The position numbers and the translations under genes were made by a program. Below the pieces are notes generated by a model. That model saw nothing but the letters and a program-made list of their open reading frames with translations. It was not told the origin of the DNA and did not search any database. A stretch of DNA of 63,819 bases, filler included, from Bigelowiella natans CCMP2755 (Eukaryota > Protista > Cercozoa): the NCBI GenBank assembly GCA_000320545.1. It is 6 parts of 6 records of this genome, joined end to end, with 100 filler letters (N's around TTAATTAATTAA, not from the genome) between each part and the next. Parts side by side here need not be neighbours in the genome. Positions count along the whole stretch, not along the records: positions 31,421 to 41,259 come from ADNK01003334.1; positions 41,360 to 59,889 come from ADNK01001899.1; 4 more parts are not named here. One strand, written 5' to 3'. Shown in pieces: positions 41,034 through 55,590 of the stretch (position 1 is the first letter of the stretch; each line of letters begins with the position of its first letter).

Positions 41034-41240
41034 CTATGTTTGGGAGATAGTAGTAGTAGTTGGAGTAGTAGTAGTACCCTTGTCTCGCCGCCGTTAGGAT
41101 CATTAGCAAGTGCACCGATATAATCGATCGTAACGAATTCCTACATACGTACGTACAACCACCCAACACAACTGTATAGTCAACTACTAGTAGGATATTG
41201 ATTCAGTAGTAAACTATCATCATCATTTAGCATCATCATC
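40702..41240. repeat. Terminal inverted duplication (arms ~40702-40911 and ~41029-41240); probable fold-back artefact
   Basis: Near-perfect reverse-complement copy of an intron-exon segment just before the contig end. Confidence 0.85.
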
Positions 41241-41259
41241 GCCATTTAGGGGTGATAGC

Positions 41260-41359
41260 NNNNNNNNNNNNNNNNNNNNNNNNNNNNNNNNNNNNNNNNN
41301 NNNTTAATTAATTAANNNNNNNNNNNNNNNNNNNNNNNNNNNNNNNNNNNNNNNNNNNN
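41260..41359. other. Artificial contig spacer
   Basis: 44N-TTAATTAATTAA-44N. Confidence 0.97.
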
Positions 41360-41759
41360 AGCATTTGTCTCTAATTTTATGGATTGTTCTCCTTGCACAG
41401 TATCATGAGTTGGGGTTGGCGATATATATCGATGAGGCGGGCCTGCGGAGACGTGAGCATTTATTATGTGAATTTAAATACCTGAGATTTGAGTAGTGAT
41501 TGGCCAATGAATGCACTAAATGGCAGCACGTCGTTATGCGACCACAGCATCTAATTGATCTGGTGAAGAAGATGCTATCTGATCGAGACTTGCACGATTC
41601 ATTGTACAAGAACCAAGCACTGTAATGCGCCTATAAGACAAGCTAGCAATAATACTGACCATGGTGGTGATGATGACGATGATGGTGGGCGAAGTATTTT
41701 ATGCTATTTACAAATTTAGGGGGATGGTGTGGATGTTGGCTTTGTCGACGATGGTCTCA

Positions 41760-42797
41760 GCCTTCGTTATTATAGACCACTGGGAAAAAATTGATGGTCA
41801 TCCCAATGACAATCATTATCATCCTCCAATGATTGTGTTATCAAATATCTTTGAGAGAGCAGGACAGATGAAGGGCTTTCAGTGGGTTAGAGAAACAGAC
41901 GGAGAAAAATAGTCAAAGCGAGAAAGAAGGAGAAGGGGAGAAGGGGAGAGGGGGAGGGGGGGGGGGGAGACGATACCCCATCATAATGTCGCTGGTTACG
42001 ATGATGTACGGCACTGACTCCTTGGTCAGCAATGCCCTCCTCTTGGAACTTCGCTCCAGCGGTGGAGTGGGTGAGTCGTCTTCAATCTTCCCTACAACTG
42101 CTGAGGAGCTTGAAGGAGCCATCCTGCTAGCTTTGTTGTAGAAGCTATCGTTGGACGCGACATCAAGCAGATTCCCCTCGACCACGTCGTTGTGGTAGGA
42201 GGACCTGTGTGTGCGAGGACGTTGAAAGAGGCGGGAGGGGGGGGGGGGGGGTGGGAGTTAAACCACACGAGATAAAACGCTATTTGGAGTTTAGAGTCTA
42301 AGCATGATGATCTTTTGATGAGGTAATTCAAGAACATGGCGAAAGTAACAATCGTCGATGACTTCAGGTGTGCGTGTATAGTACACGACAGAGCGTGATC
42401 AATAAGCGCATTGTTAATCGACCCTTTCATGTCATGCTCCCTGCCTTTCGAATCCAACAGCGGCTCCTCCCCTTCGTCTATTATCCCCTTCCCTTCCTGC
42501 ACGAGCAGTGTGAGAGGGGAAACACGCAGGGCATGTGGAAAGAGCAGGGTGAGACTCACGATTTTTGGGGGGAATCGATGAGAGTTGTTGTACCAAACCA
42601 AATGCTGCTATCATCGTCGTCATCATCATCATCAGCAGTAGCATGCACACAACAAGACAGAAGGTCTTCTCCCAAACACCGGCACCCACTATTAAACTAG
42701 CAATTACTCTCTTCCCCGCACACACAACACAACGGCAGATGCCATCATCACTGGCAGACTAACGAGCCGGCAGGTAAGAGGGGGTGTCAGCGTTCAA

Positions 42798-42835
<38 letters not shown>

Positions 42836-43147
42836 CGACTTTCTCGCGCGAAGGCATTTGTGTCTACGTGCGAGAGATCACTGATAAAATCTTCTTCTTT
42901 TGTCCTCATCAAAAAGGAAATCGGTTTTGGCACATTAGCGGAGGAGGATGGGCGGATAGAAGATGGCACGACGCCTCCAAAGGCAGCTTCGCTCTCAGCA
43001 CCCAGCGTCTTCCTTTGAATCGATGCGAAATGTGAGTGCATGGGCGCCTTTGCGGCGTGTTTACACAAAACGGTGATGGCTCATCCGTGCAGGCGCGAAG
43101 ATACGTGTATACGCGTGTGCTTTGCCGGGAGAATCATCACTCTCCAA

Positions 43148-43186
<39 letters not shown>

Positions 43187-43530
43187 TTACTTGTCATCGA
43201 AGAAGAGTAGCACAATCGCTCCGAAAACCATTATCGAGATTCCAAAGCAGAATACCGCCGTGAGCTTGCAGCGCCAAACCGCAGCCAAACGCGAGGGGGA
43301 ACGAGAGTACATAAGAAACGCATTCCAAAGACAGAGAAAAGATCCCCATTAACCCTTTCGAACACGAATCATGGTAACACCGCTCTGCTGATTTTCCTTC
43401 TTCATGCTTCATTTATCAGCAAAACGGTGCCGATTGTGATGGTTAGGACCTCTGGCATCGTCCACGTGTCCCCCCTCCATAGAAATAATCCAATTCCTGA
43501 AATTTGTTTGAAGAAAATGGCGGAGCCTAA

Positions 43531-43581
<51 letters not shown>

Positions 43582-43604
43582 TATGCCCAGTTTTTGGTGG
43601 GCCG

Positions 43605-43643
<39 letters not shown>

Positions 43644-43895
43644 TAAAAGGAAGCCGTTTTGGATTGAATCTACGCGTTTGTTATTCTTCATGTTTACATG
43701 CGGAGAAAGGAGGGGGGGGTATTCTGCGTGATTGATGGCTCCTCACCGGTGAGTGGCCCTGCAGTTGATGATAAGAGCGTGATTACGAACTTGTACACTA
43801 AATATCTGATGAAAGGAGGGTCAACAACACCACCACCACCACCATCACCAACAAGACAAACGCGACCAAATTCATACAAATGCAGCACACACAAT

Positions 43896-43927
<32 letters not shown>

Positions 43928-45349
43928 TACATATTGACATATGTAGATACTGTTGTGATCAGAGAACCAACACCCTAACGCTTTCGAATACTGTACATGA
44001 AAAATACAACAATAAGACGCCTGTGTTACTTGGATTTCTGGTCCTCATGGAGGGAATCTGCATATATCGACTCTAAAGCGCCCTGACACAACGCAAATAT
44101 ATCTTAAGACAGCAGTCAAGAGCGTTTGCGTCCATTCCCTAGAGTTCGTCTCTGTGTTCTCTCATATGTGCTTTTTATTGCTAAACGCTGCAAACCTTCC
44201 AGATTCCCTGAAAGGCCCCCCACATCGAGAGAGAGGCTGCAGCAGCACGGCATCAGAGAGAACAATCAATGGTGCGCAGAGACGGCACCATACTCGCAAC
44301 TGTGCATGAAGAACAATGATGGAAGTGTATCTGCTGCTTATTCTCTTCCTCGCTACAATAATCCTCGCTGGTGAGAAGGATTTGCATGTTTCGAATTGAG
44401 CCTGGAAGCAAGACAAGGCGGCACTACCACATATCATGATGAATCGCAGCTCGTTTTGCCAGTGGAGGGTCATCTATTGCAAGCAAGTTGCGTGGGGTGT
44501 TAGCGATGGAAGAGGAGGTTGGCAAACAGGCAGAAGTGCTGTAGAAGAGCTTCACAACATATAGGACAAGTACCAAGAGAGATAGCAGCGTAAAGGCAAT
44601 TGTCACCATCGCAACAACGCCTAATATATGTGACCGCACGTGTTCAGTAAGTGTGTTGATGGCTAGTATCAATATTTCTTCATTAGTGCAAAGTCATCCT
44701 CCGTACAGTACACCGTGTTTTCGATTCGAAAGCTCGTGTGCTACCATCGAAGGCTCCTCTCTCGATAGACTTACCTCCAATTTTGAGGGTAGCGTCGCGG
44801 CCAATACCGTCGGTGAGGAATATCTTTGAACACACAACAGCAAATAACAACGAAGAACAATGATCCCACAGAGCTTTCTTTCAACGCTTCTGGCGCAACA
44901 CGTATGCGAGCCGACAAAAGCGCGGCATTCTGCCATGTCTACTACCCCTGAAGGAATGGCCACGAGGACTTGTGTAGACCCTATATGGTTGTTCATTGTT
45001 TGTTGAGAATGAGCTACCACTGGTGGTATATGGCGTGGTGTGCGGATTCGAAAATAGCGGAATGATCCGACATGTGAGCAACTGTTTCGTGCAAACCCGA
45101 CCCTGGATGCCCTCTGCGAGTCCAACCATGAAATTGGAGTTCGTTAAAACATATAAATACCTAAAGCACAGGAGAAGGCGAGGGGGGGTAAGGAGGAGGA
45201 GTGAGAAAGAATGATGAGGGGTGCTAGGCTGCATTCTTTTCGACTGTTTGGTACTACCCAGAGAGGACTGAGAACGACCACACCCCTCGGCTTGTCCCAG
45301 CTATGAACGTGAAGATCAAGGATAACCTCACGTTGTGATTCATCGCCAT
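41760..45349 (-). CDS. MFS transporter (uncharacterised family); C-terminal half not traced
   Basis: Spliced: MAMNHNVRLSLIF...GVWSFSVLSG|YLYVLTNSNFMVGLAEGIQG, VAIPSG|IFLTDGIGRDATLKIG (motif A-like), MWGAFQGIWK|GALESIYADS, AGPLTG|IGLFLWRGDTW, FFDDKKTLGAESEA, VPYIIVTSDIMMG, GMTINFFP. Confidence 0.75.
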
Positions 45350-46056
45350 GTTTCCTGATAAATGGCCACAGGGCCGTCGCGTGAGGTGAAGAAGCAAGAG
45401 AGTGTGTAAAGATGACCACCAAAAAAGAACCGTGTCACGGCGGTGATACTTAGAGTTTGATTTTGATAATATTGTTCTACAAATTATCTACCCCCTTCCT
45501 TAGGGGTGGGAGTGGCAGGGCAGTGCGAGAATGGACGGTGAAGTACGTGTGGCACGACTGGGCCGCTTGTTCTGCGAAATTCAGCCAAATGAAAGCGACA
45601 GCCAAGTCAAAATTCCTCATATTTTGCAGTAGCGACAACAAAAATGGGGATGTCGCTCAGTAATTGTTACCTGAAATTCCAGGATCGTTAAAAGTGAGAA
45701 AGACACCGGTGTCTCAATTGGAAAGGCACCACCTCCTCCGACGGGAAAGAAGGCCGCCTTGTTGTTCTGACCTGGATCTTAAGCATCGCGGCTCTAAAAA
45801 AGTTAGAAGAAATGGTGGCTTTTCTACTGATGAGGCAAAGTATTTTTCATGTCGCAACATTGAAATTTGTTCAATTTGAGCTGCATTGGAGCGGGGATTG
45901 GAACTTTTTCCTGCTGATTGTCCGGACAGGCACAGGACACCGCCAGCTAGTTGTGTTACTCACCACCAACAGGGTGCTGACAAGTCCTTGCAATGATCAT
46001 TGTTGAGGCTCTGCTACATGCATATGCCTGTCTCCCATGTGGTTCTGGCGCATGTA

Positions 46057-47310
46057 GATTTGATCAACGCTTTGTTCATTGTTCATTGTTCAGGTTGAAG
46101 AACTGACATCTCGCATTCCTGAGCATTTTTCACAGCTGCCAAACTTCACGGATCTCGTCTTCGCCAACGACTCGGTCGAAAATCAAACAACAAGTGACCA
46201 TCGTTCACGCAAAGTTCAAAGGAGTGCGTGTCGCTTTGCGTCGTGATTTGGGCTGGCCAGCTGGCAGGCACGGGCGTGGTGCACCCCCAGGACCCCTTCT
46301 TGTTCATCACTGCGCATGCGAACCACAACACCAGCCACGTGTTGCCACCTTGCACTTGGCACGAGAAAAACTTCTGCATCGATCACCTCTGTGTAGTTCG
46401 TCAGCTCGTGCGTCACTGCTGAGTGTTCACACGAGTGGCCTGAACAGTTGGCCAGCCACGCCAGCGTGGCCTGGCTGTGACGGCTGCGTGCCAGTGTGCA
46501 CCAATTCGCACACACACCAGCACAACACTGGAACGCGCAGCCAAACCATTGGACGATTTTGTCATGTGAGCGCAGCTGTGCTTTCGTGCGCACAGTCAGG
46601 AGCTTTTCACCTCGCTGCATCGCACGCGGTTCGTTCAACTGGAGTTGCGTGCAGCCGCAGGCGCTCCTCTTCACACAGCAGAGTTCCTCGGCGAGTTGGT
46701 GACAGTGCAAAGTGCACACCACGTCAAACGTGAAGGAGGACCGTGCTTCTGAAACGTTCTGGCGTTGCGTGACGTTTGCAAACAGCACGAAACGCAGTGC
46801 CTCCAACCAGCTTCAGTGAGGACTGCGCTGGACGCACTGCCAGCTGGCCAGACTGATCGACTGGGTTTGAAAAGTTGGCATTCTTCTGGCCAGCTAGCCG
46901 CATGGCTAGGTGGCTAGGTAGGGCAGCGCGTTCAGCAGCAACGTGTGTGGCGGCGGCGCAAAGCACGTGCTCTTTTCGCACGTCAAACGAGCAACAAAGA
47001 AAACTTCATCGCGCCGACGATCGGAACAAGAATTTTGACGAATTGGCGATCAGCGTGATGCGACGTGCAATGTCTCAAAACTTCACGGTTGATTGATGGC
47101 TGTTTCCTCATGACGACAATGGCTGTCGTCAATGCAAACGCACTCTTGAAAAACAGGCTGTCACCGTGCTGCGACATGCAATCTCCTGATTTCTTCTGAT
47201 TTCTCCTGATTTGTTTCAGCAGCAGCACAACCCGAACACCCCATCATGGCTGACGCACTCAAAGCGAAAGCGCGCGAAGCCATCGAAGATCTAGACGACT
47301 TCCTCAAGGA
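46057..47310. other. TpA-depleted tract (probable decayed repeat or mobile element)
   Basis: Manual count: 6 TpA in ~1250 nt (4 CTAG, 2 GTAG). CpG is abundant, and the overlapping Tyr-poor ORFs in many frames reflect the loss of TAA/TAG. Confidence 0.8.
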
Positions 47311-48144
47311 CAATAGTCGGAAAGTTCATTTCGATCATGTTCATCGTCCCGTCATCGAAAATCAACAACAAGACAATTAACAACCTCGTATAACATGCTA
47401 GCATGCCGCGTGCATTAGTACGTCGGCAGAATGAACGAAAGCGATTCACACAGTTCAGGCGCACCAAAATTGCCTCGCACTTCGTTCATGTTCATGACAG
47501 TGACAATTCTTCTGATTAGTGCGCGTTCTTATTATTTTTCGAGCCTGCAGAGTGGGCAAACCTTGCTCACAAGAAGACTGGCGTTCAGCCTGGACTTCTT
47601 GTCATAGGCTCTGGATTTATAGTTGCAGCTTTTGTACTCGTCACTTTTGGACAGGACTATTTCACGTAATATGATAGTTCCAAATAGATATGTCAACGGC
47701 GAAATGATGAACAAAAGGTGTTCTGTTTCTCAGCAAGGCCGCATGTTTCTTCCCACCTGCCGTTATGACCATTGCGCAAATGAAGTCGGGAAGTATCGAT
47801 GGACCATTCTGGATAACATATTGGTATGGCGATTGTTTACTTAGTAGAGTGTTGTGTGTCTAACGCTACTCTTATTTACCCAATAAGGCTGGTATTTAAT
47901 TGGTTCACTGTGTGCGAATCCATTACAACCTATCTTGCAGAATGGTAAAAAAAATATAGCTTAAAGCAAAAAGCAATAGAATACCTCTAAAAGCGATATA
48001 CATCTGAATCAGGATTCCGTTCTATCATTGGCTCAAGATGATGTTTCTATATTGGTGCTTTCACTCAAAAACAAAGGTAAGAATCAAGTGTTCTGACTGC
48101 CGATTTATTACCTAAGGATTTAAAAAAAATTTCTGCCTATCTAG

Positions 48145-48383
48145 GGTGCAACAATTATCTGGGAGAACTTCCTCTTGAAATTGGACCAACCTAGTGAAGA
48201 GGTATGTAAAAAGTATGCTGGAAAATGATGATTGTGAAAAATGATATGATTAACCTGATTTTGTTTCAGCTACCACCAACTGTCGAAGAACATGATCCTG
48301 GATATGCTCCAGGAGAGTACCTACCAGATGAACAACCTGATGACGCTGAATTGCTTCAAGAATCAGAAGCAGCAGAAATCTAA
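48145..48383 (+). CDS. Possible last two exons of an unknown gene with an acidic C-terminus
   Basis: ag|GATIIWENFLLKLDQPSEE|gt ... ag|LPPTVEEHDPGYAPGEYLPDEQPDDAELLQESEAAEI*. Confidence 0.3.
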
Positions 48384-48883
48384 CTCGTTCAATTTCAAAG
48401 ATGTCAATTAGTTTTGTGCACCGATATTGACAGATAGTTTCACTGACCTGCATTCTTTGTGTACGAAGCGAAAATATTTCCAGTACTTAGCCGACATAGA
48501 TATCTAGATACGCCATGACGTCAATGCTAATAAGCATTTGCACTGTCATGAACATTTACAGAGTCCTACTTGCAATCGACTATGTCTAGTACCTCGGCCC
48601 ATGCTAACATGCACTGTGTGTTTGAGTGTGCTACGTGCAGCATGATAATAGACACAGCAACAGCAATACACAATATATATTATATATATAGTGTATTGCA
48701 TGTCTATCATCATGAGCGCAACGAAGGAGTGGGAGGTGGTGTGTGGGACGATGCAGATCATTTGACATGTGAGAGAACATGTTAGCATGGCTAGCAAATT
48801 AAACTTGATACATTACCGACAGCGTCAAAGTCGATGGCCGCAATGAGAGCTGGCGAATGCTGTGAAGACACATGCACCATTGT

Positions 48884-49260
48884 AGCTTGCTAGCTAGCTA
48901 GCTAGCTAGCTAGACTAAACTAGCAAACACGCAAGATCTAGCTACTTAGATGGCCGCAAAATGGGCCGTCTGGCCCACAGTTCTAGCTAGCTAGCTAGCA
49001 ACGCCTAGAACAAGCTAGCAGGGCAGCGTGCTAGCGTGACAGAGCTTGCTGTTTCAAACACACAGCAGCATAGCAGTGCACATTTGCAAATTGCATGCGT
49101 TCTAGCGATGCTCGTGCGTTCAGATCGTGCTAGCTTGGTCGCGATTGATCACACCAACAAATTGTTGCACAACAAATCTTGCAATTGAGAAAGCTAGAAA
49201 AATTGCGTGCTATCGTCTAGAGCGTGACGCATGCAAGTAGCAAGGCTAGAAGGCAAAATC
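48884..49260. repeat. CTAG/(GCTA)n-rich, otherwise TpA-poor tract
   Basis: (GCTA)n runs at ~48889 and ~48983 and many isolated CTAG sites. Confidence 0.65.
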
Positions 49261-49547
49261 ACATTTCTTTGTGGTCTTTCCTAAAATGAATGCGATTGAT
49301 AACTACATTCGATGGGAAATTTCAGGTAAGACATATTCCACTGATGCTACTAAAAAACGACGCAAACAAAAACCAAAAAATAATCCAATTTGTTTGAATA
49401 GAGAATGAACTACGCTAACGCAAACGAAATTCAACACTGAAGATAACATTAGAAAGCATTCTCATGAGCTTCAGGAAACACGATCCCAGCTTAGCCTGTC
49501 CGTACAAATCGGAAAACGTGGACTTGGCGATAAGCAATCTGCCTTCA

Positions 49548-51120
49548 TCAGACCACATTCCATTCGTAGCGAGTCCAGAATTGGTTGCCTCCAGGGTATG
49601 ATGCCATCAGTTTCACACCCGACTTGCCGCTGACCAGTGACAAATCGGCAGAAAATACGTGGCCGTTTCTCTTGAGGTATGTCCATTTGCCAGCGTAGCT
49701 GACCGCCATCTGAACGAGTACAGAAACAGAGTAAAATTGCCACTATGTGAGATGGTTCCTGTTGCATGGGCCATTGTCGCCGAGGGCGCAACGGCGCTGA
49801 TCGCGAGGGAGGAAGTACAAAGAAAACGAAAAATGTACACTTCTTCCGTGTCTTTGTCCTTTAATACTATCATGCATTGAAACGTGCGCGTGTGTATTTT
49901 GTGTTACTAAGTAATTAATACATGTAATTATCTATATTATGTCCATGCCAACATAATAATTAGCCACCTTATCTGCCGTGGGAGATACGAATTCAAACCG
50001 CGCCGAAGACTTTGCCTTGAGACCCGCATTTAAAGGACCAACAAGCCGCTCTCCCGGCTGCGAATAAATGCCATGATTCACATATAACAAATAACATATT
50101 CATATCCATAAAAGCTAATGTTCAAAGAAAGAAGAGGGGAAGATCCGAAACAAATATCACCACCTACAACACGTCACATGCAACCACAATTACAGTTTTG
50201 CAGACACTTCCCACCATCAGAATTGGTATTCGCTACTATTCCCAACAACTTCTACTTGTCCACACAGATAAGAACCAGCTACCTTTAATGTGTATCCTTT
50301 GGGAAACTTCTGCGTGTTGGCGGCATTGGCTTTGCATAACACCTACATCAATGGGCGAAAAGGCTAAATCATTATATTTGCATTCAGCCTGAATTTTATT
50401 GCCTAGCCGCGAAATGAAACTACCCATCTCTTCCTACAATGGCCTGCACCCCTCCTCATCCCCCTCCCTCCCCCCCTCTCTCTCTTTCTCTTTTTTCTCT
50501 CTCTTTGGCTCAGAACAAAAGATGGGCCTGTTTTTCAATGATTTCTCTTCGGTTTGGTCACACACGTAATCTCACGTTTTTGCGTATCACTAGAACGAAT
50601 CCCCAAAAATCGACGAAATACACCCACGATAGATAAAAATGCCAACACAAAACTCGCGAAGGGAGGAACTCACTCTTGCTTTCATAACCACACGCCCAAA
50701 CCACTCTTATCATGCTGTCATCATCATCATCATCCTCATCATCATCGCATGTCATCAAGCAGCAGCGGATTCTTCTTCTTCGTAGATCTCTATCATCAAT
50801 GCAATGGAATGCAGAACCGTGAGGGCCATAGGGTAGCTGCCAGGCTGTCCGATAGGTTTCGCAAAGAGCTCAAACTCATAGTCCCCTGCGGGCAGTGGGT
50901 GTGAGGAAGGAACATTTTAAAGGAATAAACGACAAAACAGCCCTCTCCACATGGCAGCTTCACAGAACAAGAGTCTGGGCCGAAGGAGACGATGATAGTC
51001 ATCTACTGCGACGTTTTCGTCGTGAAACATCTCGACGTTTACTTCTCGCTTTTGCTATCGACGTTAAAATCATAAGAAAGGCAAAAACTATAGCCTAAAT
51101 AACCCTAATGGAAAACTACT

Positions 51121-51157
<37 letters not shown>

Positions 51158-51418
51158 GAATAGTTTCATCAGTGGATGAAGAAACACTTCTTCCAACTCT
51201 TATTCTAAATTGCAGCAGCGTGCGACTGCTGACCTTTTTTCGGGAAGTGTATGATTATGTTGAAAAAATCGCCGTCGCAGCTCGTATGCGTCTGAGATCG
51301 TGTGTGGAAGGGAACAAGAAGCACTCGAAATAAATGCACTAATTTGAATAATTAAATCATGTATCTCTAGAAACGCCGAACTGCACGCACGCGCGCACAC
51401 GCGCCCGGACAAAACACA

Positions 51419-51462
<44 letters not shown>

Positions 51463-52160
51463 CACGGTGCATACTTACTCACGGTTAAAATATGTGTTAA
51501 ATACCGTGCCAGGCATACGCGTCTTCACCGTTTTGCCTTGATTTCGAATGGGAGAGACGAGTTGTTAGAGGAAAAGGGGAGGAGAAACTTCATGCGAAGC
51601 AAATAATCATACGCTTACGCGCAATGATACGTTAAAATCGCTGTAGATCTACCACGCAATACACTTTCAATATGTCGTAGGATTACCTCATAAAAAAAAA
51701 ACCAACAGCTACTTGATATTACTATTTCTACCACAGCTAGTACTGCTGCTTTTATTACTACTTACCAATGTGTGTAAGATGGCATGTCACTTCCGCTTTG
51801 GAAGCCCCTCCGAACCTGCGAATAAGCCACCGCTCAATAACAATAAATGGGGGGGGGGGGGGGGAATGCTAGGAATAGCTCGTCATTAATTTGGTGACGG
51901 GGAAACATTCTGGAATTCTTTGCTGCAAAACCGAAATCGATAGCATTCGATGATGTGCTAGAACTGTTTACTCTAAATGTAGTCATAACAATTCTTACTT
52001 GAACGTCTCCTCTCCCTTGCACTCAACAGCAGCTTTGGTAGGATAGACCAGTACCAGCCCTGATAGTGCCAAAAAAAACGAATGCGCGTCATTTTGTGCT
52101 TTATTTATTACACAAACACAAGCAGATACAGAGATGTGAAAACAAAAACAAGCACGAATA

Positions 52161-52201
<41 letters not shown>

Positions 52202-52246
52202 GCGTCAGCCATACTCGAGCGCGTGTGTGGCGGTCCTTATAAAGAC

Positions 52247-52287
<41 letters not shown>

Positions 52288-52361
52288 CCGATGATGAACA
52301 ACGTTTGAATCTAACCTGCATTCCATAGTCCAGGTTTCACGACGGCAGCCTCGCTAAACTC

Positions 52362-52410
<49 letters not shown>

Positions 52411-53328
52411 TGTTTGTTGATGTATCATTTTGTACTTAATTCATATTTATACTACGCACAGAGAATCTTACGACGAATACCTTTATAGACATCTTCTTGT
52501 CTAAAAGCTGGTATTTGTCCTTTTCGGGGTAGTGGTCCACGCTGCACATGTACGCAGAGAGGGAGAGAAAGCAAGGCGAGAAAGAGGCAGGGGGGAGAGG
52601 GAAGATGAAGGCCAGCAAAGAAACATAATATGTAAAAACAGAAGTTGAAAAAAAGGGGAAAATATGATTTTATGATGCTTTGCTAGCCACCACGGTAAGT
52701 AAATGTATTCCGAGGAGAGAGAAATAGGTGGGAGCTGCTGACTAACTCTCTCATGCAATATGTGCCCGTTTCGTGTTTGGAGGCGCTGTTCTTTCAACCC
52801 GCATGCATGTTTTCCCCCACGCAACCTACATCATCTTCACGGGCTCCGGGAGGAAATAGTGCTCGTTGAAGGATTTTTGGAAAGAACTTCCAGAGAGATG
52901 ACCCGCACTCTGAGACACATAAAGAGAATAACGAGACGGACAACGGCGCGAGCGCAAGATTAGCTCCTCTACCGCCGAATCTTGTATTTCTATTTCGAGG
53001 TTACATGACATTATTCGAAAGGAAATCAAAACGACAAATGATTGTTAAACGTGACGCTGATCAACTCTACTCAAGACAATCAAGACAATCAAAATGAGCG
53101 CGGAAACATCGGCGGGGAGTTGGCCACTTCACGAGATCGCGAAAGCGGAGAGATCTTCGGCGTGGTTATTGGGAAGAGGAAGGCTTATGTATATCTCAAG
53201 AAGGCGTTTGTATATCTCCTCACCCAGCATGAATCTATGAGGCCAGGTTTGCCATCAACCTGCACGTGCGAGATTACGGATGCAGAAGGAGCACACGATA
53301 GGAGTCGAATATGATTTCAGTTTGCGCT

Positions 53329-53375
<47 letters not shown>

Positions 53376-54551
53376 CTCGTGTTGGGTAGTCTTGTCTATC
53401 TGACTGCCTAACTAAGTAGGATAGGAAGCTCCGATAAACTCCCAAAATAATGCTATCAACGGACCCATCTCTCTCCCGTTTTTCGTCTTCTCTTCTTCTT
53501 CTTTTCTCCTCTCCTCTCCCATCTTCAACGTGCTCACCTCCACGTAGGTCCATGCGTGATCGGTGCGCTTGCCCTCGAACGACTCGCCCATTTTGAAGGA
53601 ATACCTGTCAAACCACCAGCAGCCAACGGTTCTTCTTCTTCCAAATACGGCGACAACGGAATATTCATACTTTGGGGGGGGGGGGGGGGGGGTAGAGGTG
53701 GAAACAGAGGGGGCAGCTAATGCAATTGAGGATGGGTAGTAGATACTCTCTTCTTAAAAATCGCATTTAGCGTGTATTCGCATGCTGCATGTGCTGCTGA
53801 TTCTGCCGCTAGAGCTGGTATCCTCACCCCTTGCTATATCCGCCCACGACTTCGCTTTTGAGCTCAACCTGGTCAGCTAGGCCTGTTTCACATTTAAAAG
53901 ACACGCACTTTACATTCTCACTTCCCTTCACTTGTACTGCATCGGGTAAGTAGAAGGGCCTTGCGTGAAGGGGCGGGGAGAGGCGTGCGCGGACCTTTGA
54001 ACAGATTTGCGTAACCAGCACAAACGCCAAGCCCTGACTTCAGGACAGCTGCAGCCGAATTATCGCCATATCTCCCACTGAAATATGCCTGTGTCATTGT
54101 AAGAGAGGGAGGAAGAGGAAGGGAAAGGGGGGGGGGCACGGGGCAGGAGAGAGGAGCTCCTTTAACGCATCTTCCGCTTATAATGATGCACTGCAGGATT
54201 GACGATTGTAAAGAGCAATGCCCAACGTTTCTTACCTTGGTGTTGTATGCTATGTTGTTTGTGATCCAGCGGAAGATTGCACGGCACATTATCATCTGGC
54301 TCTTCGATGCCTGAAAGCCATAGCCCATTCAAGCCGCATCGCACGTAGTCACACGCGCGCGTACACACAAACGCGCGCGCGTTGCCTATGCACACACCCC
54401 ACTAGCGGTATAGCGAACGAGCGGGGACGATGCAATAATGCCGTGTAATAGTAAACATACCCCTGGCCCTTTCTTCAAGTAGGAAGCAAGAGCTTTCACC
54501 GAAGACCGAACCTGCATTGAATGTACACGCCATTCAGTCAAGATACTTTGC

Positions 54552-54602
<51 letters not shown>

Positions 54603-54857
54603 TATCTCACGCTGGTACTCGCGCGTAGTAAGCATTGCAGTTTTGAAAAATGAGAGCAAGAGAGCGAGGAGAGAAATTGGAGAAGAAAACCAATTTCAGG
54701 TGAGAGAAAATAGCAAGAATGAACCCACCCCCTCCAGCCCCAATGCAAAAATTAAGCAATGCTTGGGAAAGGGATGACCGATTTAGGAGCTCTCAAACAA
54801 TATTGATCGATCTTCTTGAATTGCTCTGGGCAGTGACTGCTCAGGAAAGAGGGGGTT

Positions 54858-54941
<84 letters not shown>

Positions 54942-55290
54942 CTGTGTATTTATACATATACTTACATATATTATACATATACTTACAGACAGCTCTTATT
55001 GTCTCTCCCCTCCTCTCATCGTCGCCCCTTCTCACCCAAAAAGGAAGGTTTCGCTCGAAGACAGCTGCTGCTATGCCCGAGCTCCGTGTACAACACGATA
55101 TGCGAGCAAGCAAGCGCATTTGCTGCTCACATCATTCTCAACTCATACCTGATAGCGTATTTGCGAAGCCAAACTTTCTTCCTCGCGAACAAGGAGCGGG
55201 CGGCACTTTGAGCTGAATCGTTACATAAATTAGTCGTTCATTCGTATCATATTCCTCCTCTCTCTCATATCTCCCCCCCCTCCCCCTATC

Positions 55291-55343
<53 letters not shown>

Positions 55344-55543
55344 CGTGTGTGTCTGTCTGTCTGCCTCTCTCTCTCCCTTTTCCATCTTTGACCCCTCGAT
55401 GCCTCCCCCCATCACCCACAGCAGCCTATCTAAGCTCTGCGTGACTGAACGCATCCGCGTGGGGTGCGGAAAGCATCTTCAGATAAACACGTCTCACGAC
55501 AACACGCTACGACTAATTATATATATACACACACATATTTATC

Positions 55544-55590
<47 letters not shown>

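Noticed and set aside
40702-41240. Second long inverted repeat
   Set aside because: Same contig-terminal fold-back pattern, here truncating the GH32-like gene.
46146-47228. Stack of overlapping ORFs on both strands
   Set aside because: A by-product of TAA/TAG loss in the TpA-erased tract; no recognisable protein.
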